Made by a program: the position numbers and the translations under genes. A stretch of DNA of 64,000 nucleotides, from the IMG/VR virus record IMGVR_UViG_3300047510_001118, positions 186,001 through 250,000 of that record. The stretch is one strand, 5' to 3'. Positions 19,107 through 28,431 of the stretch are shown piece by piece; position 1 is the first letter of the stretch, and every line of letters starts with the position of its first letter. Below the pieces are notes generated by a model. The model was not told where the DNA came from and did no database searches. It saw only the letters and a list, made by a program, of their open reading frames with translations.

Positions 19107-20294
19107 TTAACTAAATGTAACGTTACTTGGTGTAACAGTACCTAGGTAATCAGCGGCATTACCAAGAGATGATGCTGTGTTTGTCAACTCAACATAACCA
19201 TAACGTGTCATGAATGATACGACTGGTTCAAATGTTGCTGGATCAAGAACAACACCACTGCTCATTAATGGTACATATGGGCAGTAGAATGCTGCAGCAT
19301 CGCTCTCGCTAGAGCCTTTGTAACCGACTAGGATTTTCGCTGTGTCGGCTGCGTATGTGTTTACATACACTTTCATTGCGTTGTTTAAAGTACCTACAAA
19401 CTTAGTGTTTGTTGGTGCTTCAAATGTACCTTCAGTTGTACGAGCAAATGCGCTGGTTGTAGCAGACTGTAGAACAGTCAACATTTGTGGGCTTACAACA
19501 GCCCAGTTACCAGCACCGCGACGTGTACGCTGAGCGATACGGTTAGCAACACGGTTGATTAGAACTGCTAATGCAGCATGTTCGTCACCAACGAATGTAG
19601 CAGTACCAGACACTGCTGCCTGATCAAAGTTTTCGTTGTTCTGTGTGCCTGCTAATGTCATTAGCGAGCCTAGAACTTCTTGATCGATTTCAGCAGTAAT
19701 TTCTTGTGCTAATGCGGCCATGATTTCAGCCTCGATGTCAATACCTTGTTGGGCTTGTGCATCTTGAGCGGCTTCAAATGTCCAACGAGCACTTAGTTTA
19801 CGTGTCTTGGCTTCAACAGTTTGCTTTAGAATTTGGATGCTTAGTTTGTTACCAGCAACGCCTTCTAGAGCGGCTGTGGCAGCGGCTTTACCATTACTTG
19901 AAGATGTGCCACCGGAATACTGTTCAGCAATCTTGAATGGGCTTAGAGCTTCTTCACCTGCTACTGTATTCTGTGCGCTGTCTCCTGTGTTGGTTGTAGC
20001 ATCGCTATAACGAACACGTAGAGTATGGATTTGACCAACTGGACCAGTCATTGGCTGTACGCCAACTAATTCATTAGCGATGACCGTAGGCATCACACGA
20101 CGGATCACTGGAAGGATCACGCGATTTAGGGTTGCAACGTTACCGGCAGAAGTGGCACCAGCAGTAGCAGATTCTGAAAGATACTTACGAGTATTCTCTA
20201 AAGTTACTCCCATTACTGAACGCTTGTTACCTTGAAGGCCTTCTAATAGTGCCTCTTTAGTTTCTTGCCAGCGGCTTTCTAGTAGTTCTGACAT
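19107..20294 (-). CDS. gp23: Major capsid protein (T4 gp23 family)
   Basis: Motifs VIRRVMPTVIANELVGVQPMTGPVGQI..LR, VEAKTRKLSARWT.E.AQD, EI.AEID.E, GYKG....DAA.FYCPYVPL, F.TRYG. Confidence 0.95.
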   Translation of the reverse strand: MSELLESRWQETKEALLEGLQGNKRSVMGVTLENTRKYLSESATAGATSAGNVATLNRVILPVIRRVMPTVIANELVGVQPMTGPVGQIHTLRVRYSDATTNTGDSAQNTVAGEEALSPFKIAEQYSGGTSSSNGKAAATAALEGVAGNKLSIQILKQTVEAKTRKLSARWTFEAAQDAQAQQGIDIEAEIMAALAQEITAEIDQEVLGSLMTLAGTQNNENFDQAAVSGTATFVGDEHAALAVLINRVANRIAQRTRRGAGNWAVVSPQMLTVLQSATTSAFARTTEGTFEAPTNTKFVGTLNNAMKVYVNTYAADTAKILVGYKGSSESDAAAFYCPYVPLMSSGVVLDPATFEPVVSFMTRYGYVELTNTASSLGNAADYLGTVTPSNVTFS

Positions 20295-20305
20295 TTAAAT
20301 TCTCC

Positions 20306-21397
20306 TTATTTTAATCCAGCAAGGCGACGAATATCAATTACTTCCGCCTGGCCATTAGCACTACTAATGCTATTTGATTCTTTATTGCCTGTGATTTCTT
20401 TAGCCTCTACAAGAGCCTTCTTCTTCTCCGGTGTGCTACCGCTGAGCACAGCAGGTAGGTATTTCTCAAAACTAGAACGTAATTTTGAAGTCTGCACACT
20501 TTCTAACAACTCTGACATAATTTCTTGGTTATCCTTGCTCAAAGGATTTAGAAGTTCACTCATTACTTCTTTACGCACAGCAGTTTCTTGAGCACGAGCA
20601 ATTTCTTGCTCCTTGCTTTCAACTATCTGTTGCTTTTCAGAAATAGCATTGCGAGCTTCTGCGAGTTGCTGTTCTTTTTCTGCGATTACTTTGAGTAACT
20701 TACTGGTTTCGCTCTTCTCGCTGAGTAGGCTAGCCTGATACTCTGTAGTAAATGCTTCGAAAATTCTGCGACCAAAGTCGTTTTGACGAGCTTGATCAAT
20801 ATCTTCTCTAAGTTGATAAATTTCTTTTTCAAGACCTTGTGTTACAACAGATTCAACTAATTCTGCTGAAGTCTTAACAAACTTGCTCTTTAAGTGAGCA
20901 AATTGTTCTTTCGCTTCTTTGACTAAACGAACTTTAGTTTCGTGTAAGTCTTTCTTGTCTTCGTAGAAGTCAGCGATTTCTTTGGCTAGAGCCTCAACTA
21001 CAAACTGCTCTAACTTAGCGAAGTTGCTAGCCATTACTTTCTGATCTTCATGAAGTTCAGAAATTTCGTTGGCTAATGATTCAATAACGAACTGATTTAG
21101 TTTGCCAGAGTGTTCACGGATTGCCACAGCATACTTGGCTTTCGCTTCTGCTAACTGTGCGCGGTCTTCTGTAAACTCTTGGATTTCAGCAGTTAAACGA
21201 TCTGTGATCATTTGGTCGATTGCTTCAACCATAATCTGCTTGTCATGTTCGTATTTTTGTGCGAATTCTTCGCGAAGTTCTTGAGTAGCCTGTTCACGAT
21301 TCTCTTGGATTTTTTGATTCCAAGCAGCCTCGATGTCGGCTTTAATTTCCTCGGAAATCACATTGTTCTCGAATAATGATTTTAGCGCATCCAACAT
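20306..21397 (-). CDS. gp22: Prohead scaffolding protein (T4 gp22-like)
   Basis: E/K/A-rich coiled coil between the protease and capsid genes; N-terminal LFE..VISEE.K..IE.AW. Confidence 0.85.
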   Translation of the reverse strand: MLDALKSLFENNVISEEIKADIEAAWNQKIQENREQATQELREEFAQKYEHDKQIMVEAIDQMITDRLTAEIQEFTEDRAQLAEAKAKYAVAIREHSGKLNQFVIESLANEISELHEDQKVMASNFAKLEQFVVEALAKEIADFYEDKKDLHETKVRLVKEAKEQFAHLKSKFVKTSAELVESVVTQGLEKEIYQLREDIDQARQNDFGRRIFEAFTTEYQASLLSEKSETSKLLKVIAEKEQQLAEARNAISEKQQIVESKEQEIARAQETAVRKEVMSELLNPLSKDNQEIMSELLESVQTSKLRSSFEKYLPAVLSGSTPEKKKALVEAKEITGNKESNSISSANGQAEVIDIRRLAGLK

Positions 21398-21411
21398 GTG
21401 ATTCTCCCTTG

Positions 21412-22041
21412 TTATTGGAGACCCTTGATGATTTTCACCAAGCTCTCTTTTAAGTATTGCTGTGCCTTTTTATCGCCTGAAACTTCTTGTGCTATTCTAA
21501 ATGCCTGGCTACCGCCCCTTGTATTCATGAGATGCTCATAAATCGGTGTTGGATACGCACCTGGGGCTGATGGTTGAGCTACTACATCAACTGTAATAAT
21601 CTCGAAATCGCTCACTTCACCGGAACCGTCTTCTTTGACGTTTCCGGATCCGCGACTACTAACTCCTAACTTAACGCCGCTTTCCAACATAGTTCGCACT
21701 AACTGTCCCATAGGGGTTGGAAGAACTTTAAGTTTACCGTAACCATTTGGGCCATCCATCCACATTTCTGTGATCATATGGCTTACACGATCTAGGTTAA
21801 TTTTTAGGTCATCTGGATGATCTACTTCGCCGAGAACTGAATATCCACCAGTGATCTGGTCGTTTAGTGTTTTGACAGCCCTGCCGATTTCGCTCACAGG
21901 ATACACACGCTGATTGGCGTTACGGATACCGCCTTGGATACAAATACCTTTGAGGTACATGTTTTTGCCGTCGGCGCCATCCGACTCCACAACCATCCGG
22001 GCTTGGTCGAAACTCAAATTCTCACGTAAGTATAAACTCAT
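21412..22041 (-). CDS. gp21: Prohead protease (T4 gp21 family)
   Basis: YLKGICIQG..RN.N.RVYP, LGEVDHP, DRVSHMIT, G.GKLKVL.TPMG, LGVSSRGSG, TVDVVAQPSAP.A. Confidence 0.95.
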   Translation of the reverse strand: MSLYLRENLSFDQARMVVESDGADGKNMYLKGICIQGGIRNANQRVYPVSEIGRAVKTLNDQITGGYSVLGEVDHPDDLKINLDRVSHMITEMWMDGPNGYGKLKVLPTPMGQLVRTMLESGVKLGVSSRGSGNVKEDGSGEVSDFEIITVDVVAQPSAPGAYPTPIYEHLMNTRGGSQAFRIAQEVSGDKKAQQYLKESLVKIIKGLQ

Positions 22042-22045
22042 CGCA

Positions 22046-22822
22046 TTAAGAACCTATAGTGCTTTTTGTATTGGCTCCATTGTCACCGGAACCTTTCTTC
22101 TCTGCGCCATGACCTTTGCTTTGTGCACTTAGTTTTGTCGCATTTTTTGAACCTGGTGTATTAACATTACCAGAATTCAAATCCTTTGTTGATGGATTAG
22201 CCAATCCACCTTGTGTACCGCCTTTGTTGCTTTCGCCGCTGAAGTTAACGGCTTTGGCACCATTGCTGTTTATCTTTGTATTCTTGTTTAGTGATGGACT
22301 TTTTGTGTTAGCACCGTTGTCACCCATCTTTGCTGGGGAAACTTTTTCAACATATTCTAAAACAAAGTCTTCTTCTTTTGGCTCTTCTGGGCCCATTTCA
22401 CCGCCCATATCTAAATCCATGTCGCCTTCTTCGTCGCCCTCGTCACCCTTGTCACTCATCATTGATTCAAATTCTGAGGTTAGTGCGTCGATGATATCTT
22501 GCTTCATTAGGTCTAGATCGCCTACAGTTGCTGGCTCTTCTTCGCCGCCGTCCATTTCTTCTTCGCCTTCGCCTTCCTCTTCTTCTTCGCCTTCTTCAGC
22601 GTCAAGGTCAGCAAGAGCATCGCCTGCTTTGTCATCATTGACTTCAGACATATCAAACTCTTCATCAGTTTGTTGATCTACTTGCATGTCATCATCAAGT
22701 AGGTTTTCGTAAATTTCGCGAGATTTTGCTACCACTAATTCGTGGAATAATTCCTCGGCTTTTGATTTATCTTCATTAATTAGATATTCAAGCATCTGCT
22801 CGAACTTTGCGCGATCAGTCAT
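22046..22822 (-). CDS. Acidic/low-complexity prohead core-like protein, 258 aa (positional analogue of gp67/gp68)
   Basis: Located between portal and protease; helical N-terminus, very acidic middle, G/K/N/S-rich tail; AAGGAG RBS. Confidence 0.65.
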   Translation of the reverse strand: MTDRAKFEQMLEYLINEDKSKAEELFHELVVAKSREIYENLLDDDMQVDQQTDEEFDMSEVNDDKAGDALADLDAEEGEEEEEGEGEEEMDGGEEEPATVGDLDLMKQDIIDALTSEFESMMSDKGDEGDEEGDMDLDMGGEMGPEEPKEEDFVLEYVEKVSPAKMGDNGANTKSPSLNKNTKINSNGAKAVNFSGESNKGGTQGGLANPSTKDLNSGNVNTPGSKNATKLSAQSKGHGAEKKGSGDNGANTKSTIGS

Positions 22823-22877
22823 TTGTGTTCTCCTTTATAATTTTATGGGGCAAAACCGCCCACAAGGCTGTCGATAT

Positions 22878-22883
22878 TATTTA
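22878..22883 (-). promoter_or_regulatory. Late promoter core (TAAATA)
   Basis: ATTAAATAAT downstream of the terminator and upstream of the head operon. Confidence 0.6.
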
Positions 22884-22893
22884 ATATAGTTAT

Positions 22894-22916
22894 AAAAAAA
22901 CCGGTCAAAACCGGTT
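22894..22916 (-). terminator. Rho-independent terminator after the portal operon
   Basis: AACCGGT-TTTG-ACCGGTT followed by a T-run on the minus strand. Confidence 0.7.
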
Positions 22917-22939
22917 AAAAATGGTCAGTTTTAGAAATC

Positions 22940-23179
22940 TCAACCTGCTGGGGGAGGTGCCGCATACATTCTAGCAATAAATTCTAATTCTGCTTCTGTT
23001 TCTTTAATATGTTGATCACTGGCTTTTCTAAGTTCATTGATCTGTCCCAGTGTCAAACGAGTCTTTCTAGTATCTTCATCTTTGTCTAAGACACTGGTAT
23101 CTCTACCAGCAATGTAGCGATCATCCTGCTGTTGTTCAGCAGTGTCTCTGTTAAAATAAAAAAGTTCTCTAAGGATCAT
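22940..23179 (-). CDS. Small hypothetical protein, 79 aa, directly downstream of portal
   Basis: ORF track; RKTRLTL.QIN.LRK motif; fills the gap between portal and terminator. Confidence 0.75.
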   Translation of the reverse strand: MILRELFYFNRDTAEQQQDDRYIAGRDTSVLDKDEDTRKTRLTLGQINELRKASDQHIKETEAELEFIARMYAAPPPAG

Positions 23180-23187
23180 AATATTAT

Positions 23188-24900
23188 TTATGCTGGTGCG
23201 CCCGCTGGTGGTGCTCCAGCCGCTGGTGGTGCTCCTCCTTCTGCGGGAGCTTCCCCTTCTGGAGGTGCCATACCTTCTGGTGCTTGTTGTTCTGCGCCCA
23301 TTGCTGATGTATCTGCGGCTATACCTGTTGGACTAACACCTGCGCCACGTAATTCACCTGCGGCATCAGTTGTAGCAGAACCTAATCCAGATTCTTCTTT
23401 CCACATTTTTTCGTTTTCTGCTAGATCCTCGTCGGTCATTCCTAAGAATCTCTTTAGAGCAAATCGTTTAGATACAAATGGCAGTGCTACCATCTGTGTA
23501 AATGTCGAAATACGTTGATTATCTAGTTCTGCTTGACGATAAGCGGCAAAGTTCTGTGGGCTTTGGAAACGTATTTCAAACAAACTAAAGTCAATATTAA
23601 CACCTTTATTGTGTAGATATACTTTAAATTCTTTGTCAAATGTTTCAATCATTGCCTGCTGTAGACGCTCGCAATACTTGTTAAAACGCAATTCTTGAAT
23701 ATATGCTGTGCCAACACGACCGTCATTGAACGCCGCTTGACTGTCATCTGCGCCAGTTGGCAAGTAACTGCTAGGTATACGCAGAGCTCGCATTAACTTG
23801 TTAGTAAAATACTTTAAGTCGTCAATTTCACCCAGATTGGTACCGCCAGGTAATGTTTCAACTTTTGATCCACGTCCTTCTGCTGTCTGAGGAAAGAAGT
23901 AATCTTCGTTGATACTTAACGGATTGTAAGCACTGTCGATTGCACTGCCACCACCTGTTGAACTTGGAATACGACGCTGATGGATTTCATTTTTAACTCG
24001 CTCTACAAATCCCATGGCCAAATGGCTAGGCATATTACCTACGTCGATGTAAAAAATTCTACGCTCTGGAGCACGTTGTATACGATAGATGATAATTGCG
24101 TCTTCAAGCAGTTCTTTCTGCTTGTAGACTTTGAATACTGATTCTAATAGACTGTTACCAAATGGATAGTTGTTATCTAAGCCTTCTGACAGACTCAAAT
24201 GTACCACGTGTCTAGCATCAACGGCAAATTCGTTTTGGCTTTTGCTAAAGCGTGTACCTGTTTGCTGTGGATAAGCACCAGTCATACCTCTAGCACCACT
24301 ACCACCTTGTACGTAGGCAGCGCCGCCGGGCTGTGTATTTTGCGTATTTGGATTGATCTGAGTTACCACAAGATCCATTAAATTTACATTTAGATCACGG
24401 ATAACATACTGCTCAGGTTTCTTACCTTCGCTCTCATTGACAATAATCTTAACTACCTTACCCGGATCAATGTAATACCATTTTTGAGTTTCTGGATCTC
24501 TAGCAAAAAATCCGTCGCCGTATTTGAAAAGATTACGTGCTATACGGAACATTCTACCGTCTAACTTTTGTAGTTTACTCCACTGCTGTAAGTACTCTTT
24601 AAGAATTTTTATTTCACTGTTAGTAGCACGATTCTTAAAAAATAAATGAAATGGTGTATTGTTTTCTTTGTTTTTCTGTGTACAGAATTCTGCTAATATG
24701 TCTAGGGCCGCATTAACTTCGCTGTCCATGTCCATAGTGTCGTACTGCATATATCGTTCAATACGATTGGGACTGCCAGTATATACGTCAGGAAGGTACG
24801 AACTATAATTCGCGCGAGCAGGTCCCGCTTTGCCTCCGGCACCGGATATTGGGCTAATGTTACCTGTTGATACAGGCGAAAAGTGTCTTTTCCAACTCAT
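23188..24900 (-). CDS. gp20: Portal vertex protein (T4 gp20 family)
   Basis: LEDAIIIYRIQRAPERRIFYIDVGNMP..LA..FV, EDYFFP....GRGS.V.TLPGG.NLGEIDD..YF..KL.RALRIP.S; Pro/Ala/Gly-rich tail. Confidence 0.95.
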   Translation of the reverse strand: MSWKRHFSPVSTGNISPISGAGGKAGPARANYSSYLPDVYTGSPNRIERYMQYDTMDMDSEVNAALDILAEFCTQKNKENNTPFHLFFKNRATNSEIKILKEYLQQWSKLQKLDGRMFRIARNLFKYGDGFFARDPETQKWYYIDPGKVVKIIVNESEGKKPEQYVIRDLNVNLMDLVVTQINPNTQNTQPGGAAYVQGGSGARGMTGAYPQQTGTRFSKSQNEFAVDARHVVHLSLSEGLDNNYPFGNSLLESVFKVYKQKELLEDAIIIYRIQRAPERRIFYIDVGNMPSHLAMGFVERVKNEIHQRRIPSSTGGGSAIDSAYNPLSINEDYFFPQTAEGRGSKVETLPGGTNLGEIDDLKYFTNKLMRALRIPSSYLPTGADDSQAAFNDGRVGTAYIQELRFNKYCERLQQAMIETFDKEFKVYLHNKGVNIDFSLFEIRFQSPQNFAAYRQAELDNQRISTFTQMVALPFVSKRFALKRFLGMTDEDLAENEKMWKEESGLGSATTDAAGELRGAGVSPTGIAADTSAMGAEQQAPEGMAPPEGEAPAEGGAPPAAGAPPAGAPA

Positions 24901-24914
24901 TATATTTTCTCTTA

Positions 24915-27275
24915 TTATAACATGTTTCCAACAGAATTCCTAGTGTTTTTGGCTGTTTTACTTAGATAATCCACAGCGTCTGATTGCTGTGAAACCATTC
25001 TGCCCATGTTCATATTTAACTGATTTAATATGTCTAACATCTCTTTATCGGATGGTGCTGACATTGCTGTAGAAGATTGTTCAGCGCCTTTTGGTTTATT
25101 GTCAATAGGATTAGTTCCCTGTTGAGTTAACTTTTCCATATTGGCATTTAATTGAACAAGACTTTGAGTAAGTTTGTCCATGTTAATATTGTTTAATTCA
25201 GAAAATGCTGAAGACGTTGACATAATATTAGTCTTCAATTCTCTAAGTTTGTTATTACCGTTTTCTAAAGATACGCTGACATTTTCAGGCAATACTAGAC
25301 TAGAAAGATCAGATTTTTTAGCCGCTTCGTTTAGAGCTTCAACTTGCTTACGTGTGTCAGCCGTGGCATTAACTGTCGCCTGACGCTGTCTAACTGTTGC
25401 GTCCTCAGATGTAGATGTCGGTGTTCTTTCTGTTGCTGGTCGAGCAGGCACTGCCGGAGCAGGAGGAGGTGTGGCAGGCCTTTCGAGTGGCCTACGTGCA
25501 GCAGTTTCTAATTTAGCGGCATCCATTGCTCGACGTTGCGCAATAGTTGGTCCTCTTTCATCTTCAGGTTTTAACAATGCTTCTTTGCCCTGTTCTACTA
25601 TAACCTCTCTAACTCCAGTAGCATCAGCAATTTCATACAATGCCCAAGTAATCAATCCTATCTTAAATGTTTTCTTTAGCACTGCTTTGCCTGTGGCCAT
25701 GGCTGCTTTTAATGGAGTTTTTCCTGGTCTTGTAGGTCCTTCTGCGCCAGGCGGCAATGTTTCTCCGGCCTTTTCTCGCTGATACTTGTCATATACTTTA
25801 GAAGCGCCATAGGCTGCTAGTCCGCCTCCTGCTGCCAATCCCATCATTTCTCCGGCTATTCCTGTACCGGCTAACGCAGTAACTTTTGCCCAAGTTTTTA
25901 AATTATCAAAAGAATCTGCTAACTCTACAGCCTGGTCGCCAGCATAATTCATACCTATAGCAGTGTTATCTAATATTCCTGAATCAATAAGAGCAGATTT
26001 AAATTTGTTCTGTACTTCAGTCAGCGTTTGATCTAAGTTTGTTACTAGTCTTGTTGGATCTTGACTTTTTAGTTTGTCTTCTTGTTCTGCTTGTGCTTTT
26101 GCTAATGCAGCAGAACCGTCGCCAAGTTGCCCTAATCTAGCAGACGCTGTTATCATATTATCAGTGTTCATTGTTGTATAAACACCAACTAAATTACGAT
26201 CTTGTTTTGATCTTTCTCTCGCCGATGCGGCCGCATCATCATTGGCTTTTACCAGTGCCGCTACTGATCCAGCATTGCCTTCATACACTTCTCTAGTAAC
26301 ACGGGCCGCATCCTGACCGTTGCGTCTCATAGCCAATTGATATTCTCTGGCTTCTTTGGTAATAGCATTACCACCAGCACTGATACTATCAACCATACCA
26401 GCGGCTAATTTACCGCTAGGATCGGCTTGTTTTAATCTAGCAATTTCTGCTTGAACTTGTGCGGCTAGTTTTCCTGTAGGATCTTTTTCCATCAATGCCT
26501 GCATGGCATTTCGCATACGAAGATCTCTGGCTGCGGCTGCGTTTTGTTCATCTAATGCTTTGCGAGATACACCTGTTGCCTTGGCAAGTCTATCTAATTC
26601 TTTGTTATACTCAGCGGCACCAGCAGCCAACTGTGCGTCATCCATTCGTCTAGCCAATCCACTACGCTGCATTGTTTCCATGTAGGTAGCAGTGCCTTCG
26701 GCAATGTCATCCATTGTAAGGCCAAGTCTAGATAATTCCTTTCCTGCTCCAGCCATTACTAATCCGCTGACGCTGGCAAATTTTTGAGCACCTTCAGTGG
26801 CTGAGCCACCCATGACTGCTAAAAATTGTGAATTCTGTTGAACAGTTTTTCCAAAAACATCTAAAGGTAATCTGGCTTTGCCTGCGGCTAACTGCGCAGA
26901 CATTAGCGATTCGCCTAGATCTATACCAGTACCAGATAGTGTTCGGAATACTTGAAGATTACTGTCAAGGGTTGAACCAAAAGATCTAACAGTCTTTCCT
27001 AGACCTTCGGTGCCTATTTTTTCAGTTAAATCTGCTAGTTGTCCGCTGAAACCTGAAAGTGTTGGTGCTGTATTTGAAAATGCTTTTTCAACTAATCCAG
27101 CACTAGTTCCTATTCCTTTGTCAACTGCTCCTGCTACTGCAGGACCAGTGAATTTTCCACCAGGAGTTGGCGTACCACCGCCACTAAATGCTCCGCTACT
27201 GGAATTCTCTCTAAGACCATCACGCATTCCTTGGGCAACTGCTTGTCGTATCTGTTCAGGGGTTAAATCTGGCAT
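24915..27275 (-). CDS. Tape-measure-like protein, 786 aa
   Basis: Long Ala/Leu/Gln-rich helical protein with a central Gly/Ala hydrophobic segment (ALAGTGIAGEMMGLAAGGGLAAYG); adjacent to gp26-like and head genes. Confidence 0.7.
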   Translation of the reverse strand: MPDLTPEQIRQAVAQGMRDGLRENSSSGAFSGGGTPTPGGKFTGPAVAGAVDKGIGTSAGLVEKAFSNTAPTLSGFSGQLADLTEKIGTEGLGKTVRSFGSTLDSNLQVFRTLSGTGIDLGESLMSAQLAAGKARLPLDVFGKTVQQNSQFLAVMGGSATEGAQKFASVSGLVMAGAGKELSRLGLTMDDIAEGTATYMETMQRSGLARRMDDAQLAAGAAEYNKELDRLAKATGVSRKALDEQNAAAARDLRMRNAMQALMEKDPTGKLAAQVQAEIARLKQADPSGKLAAGMVDSISAGGNAITKEAREYQLAMRRNGQDAARVTREVYEGNAGSVAALVKANDDAAASARERSKQDRNLVGVYTTMNTDNMITASARLGQLGDGSAALAKAQAEQEDKLKSQDPTRLVTNLDQTLTEVQNKFKSALIDSGILDNTAIGMNYAGDQAVELADSFDNLKTWAKVTALAGTGIAGEMMGLAAGGGLAAYGASKVYDKYQREKAGETLPPGAEGPTRPGKTPLKAAMATGKAVLKKTFKIGLITWALYEIADATGVREVIVEQGKEALLKPEDERGPTIAQRRAMDAAKLETAARRPLERPATPPPAPAVPARPATERTPTSTSEDATVRQRQATVNATADTRKQVEALNEAAKKSDLSSLVLPENVSVSLENGNNKLRELKTNIMSTSSAFSELNNINMDKLTQSLVQLNANMEKLTQQGTNPIDNKPKGAEQSSTAMSAPSDKEMLDILNQLNMNMGRMVSQQSDAVDYLSKTAKNTRNSVGNML

Positions 27276-27291
27276 TTATTTTTCCACAAAA

Positions 27292-27334
27292 AACTGCGCA
27301 TATAAATAATTTGAGCAGTGTATCATTATATTTA
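27292..27334. promoter_or_regulatory. Divergent late promoter pair
   Basis: Perfect TATAAATA on the plus strand at 27301-27308 and TAAATA on the minus strand at 27334-27329; flanked by AACTGCGCA (27292-27300) and its near-inverse (27312-27320). Confidence 0.75.
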
Positions 27335-27349
27335 GTTGGAGTCTAAACC

Positions 27350-28207
27350 ATGGAAAATCAAGCAGTAAACCCGTTGAAAAAATATTTTCGACAACCAAAA
27401 TTATATTTAAAATTACCTAGTTCTGGATCGTTTTATCCAGAGGGAACCTTAGAAAAAACAGACAATGGAGAATATCCAGTATTTCCAATGACTGCCAAAG
27501 ATGAAATTACTATCAAGACTCCTGATGCGTTAATGAATGGACAGGCCACTGTTGATGTTATAGAAAGTTGTATTCCCAATATTAAAAATGCTTGGGCAGT
27601 TCCATCTATTGACATTGATGCTATACTGATAGCAATTCGTATTGCCACCTATGGCGAAACTATTGAATTAGACGTAACACTGCCAAACACTACTATTATT
27701 AAAACATTTACAGCAGATTTAAGATTAGTTGTAGACAAACTAATGAACGCAGTTTTTGATACTGAAATAAAAATTAGTGACGATTTAACTGCGTTTATAC
27801 GTCCTTTAACTTATAAAGAATACACTCAGAATTCAATTAAAACTTTAGAAGAACAGAGATTATTTTCAATAGTTAATAATGATCAACTTTCAGAAGAAGA
27901 AAAACAAAAGAATTTTTCAGTAAGTTTTAAAAAAATTACAGATATCACAGTGAACACAGTTGCTCAGAGTATCACTAAAATAGTTACACCTGACGGTGTA
28001 GTAACTGATCCACAGTTTATCAAAGAATTTTTAGAAAATTCAGACAAAGATTTTTTTAATAAGTTTATTGTAGCACTAGCAGATCAAAAAGAAAAATTTA
28101 TTATGCCGCCTTTTAAAGTTCAAACCTCTGAGGAAGAACAAAAAGAAGGAGCACCAGCAGAGTTTGAAGCACCTGTAGTCCTGGACGCATCAAATTTTTT
28201 CGGGTAA
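27350..28207 (+). CDS. gp26: Baseplate hub/tail assembly chaperone (T4 gp26-like)
   Basis: NPL..YFRQP..Y..LPS.G, PMTAKDE..K.PDAL.NG, ID.DAILIAIR.A.YG motifs; ends NFFG. Confidence 0.8.
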   Translation: MENQAVNPLKKYFRQPKLYLKLPSSGSFYPEGTLEKTDNGEYPVFPMTAKDEITIKTPDALMNGQATVDVIESCIPNIKNAWAVPSIDIDAILIAIRIATYGETIELDVTLPNTTIIKTFTADLRLVVDKLMNAVFDTEIKISDDLTAFIRPLTYKEYTQNSIKTLEEQRLFSIVNNDQLSEEEKQKNFSVSFKKITDITVNTVAQSITKIVTPDGVVTDPQFIKEFLENSDKDFFNKFIVALADQKEKFIMPPFKVQTSEEEQKEGAPAEFEAPVVLDASNFFG

Positions 28208-28257
28208 AGCTCTTTAATCTGCCGCTCGATGAAGCCATGCGGGTGATTAAGGGGCTT
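28195..28257 (+). promoter_or_regulatory. Predicted -1 programmed ribosomal frameshift signal
   Basis: T_TTT_TTC heptamer (28195-28201), 5 nt spacer, 13 bp stem 28207-28219/28245-28257 with an inner hairpin; the -1 frame is open into the 28237-28431 ORF. Confidence 0.75.
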
Positions 28258-28431
28258 GAAAGTGAAATCAAGTCGTTGAAGTTAGAATTATTAAAACTCT
28301 GTTGGTATATGAGAGGTGGTATTTCATTAGAAGAATGTTACAATCTATCATATGATGATCGAGCATTAATTGTAGACATTGTTAAAGAGAACATGGAAAC
28401 TACTAAGAAATCAGGATTACCTTTCTTCTAA
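28237..28431 (+). CDS. gp51-like assembly protein, probably expressed as a -1 frameshift extension of the gp26-like ORF (about 360 aa fusion)
   Basis: WYMRGGIS.EE.YNLS..DR..I motif; no recognisable RBS before ATG 28237; frame is open back to the slippery site. Confidence 0.7.
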   Translation: MRVIKGLESEIKSLKLELLKLCWYMRGGISLEECYNLSYDDRALIVDIVKENMETTKKSGLPFF

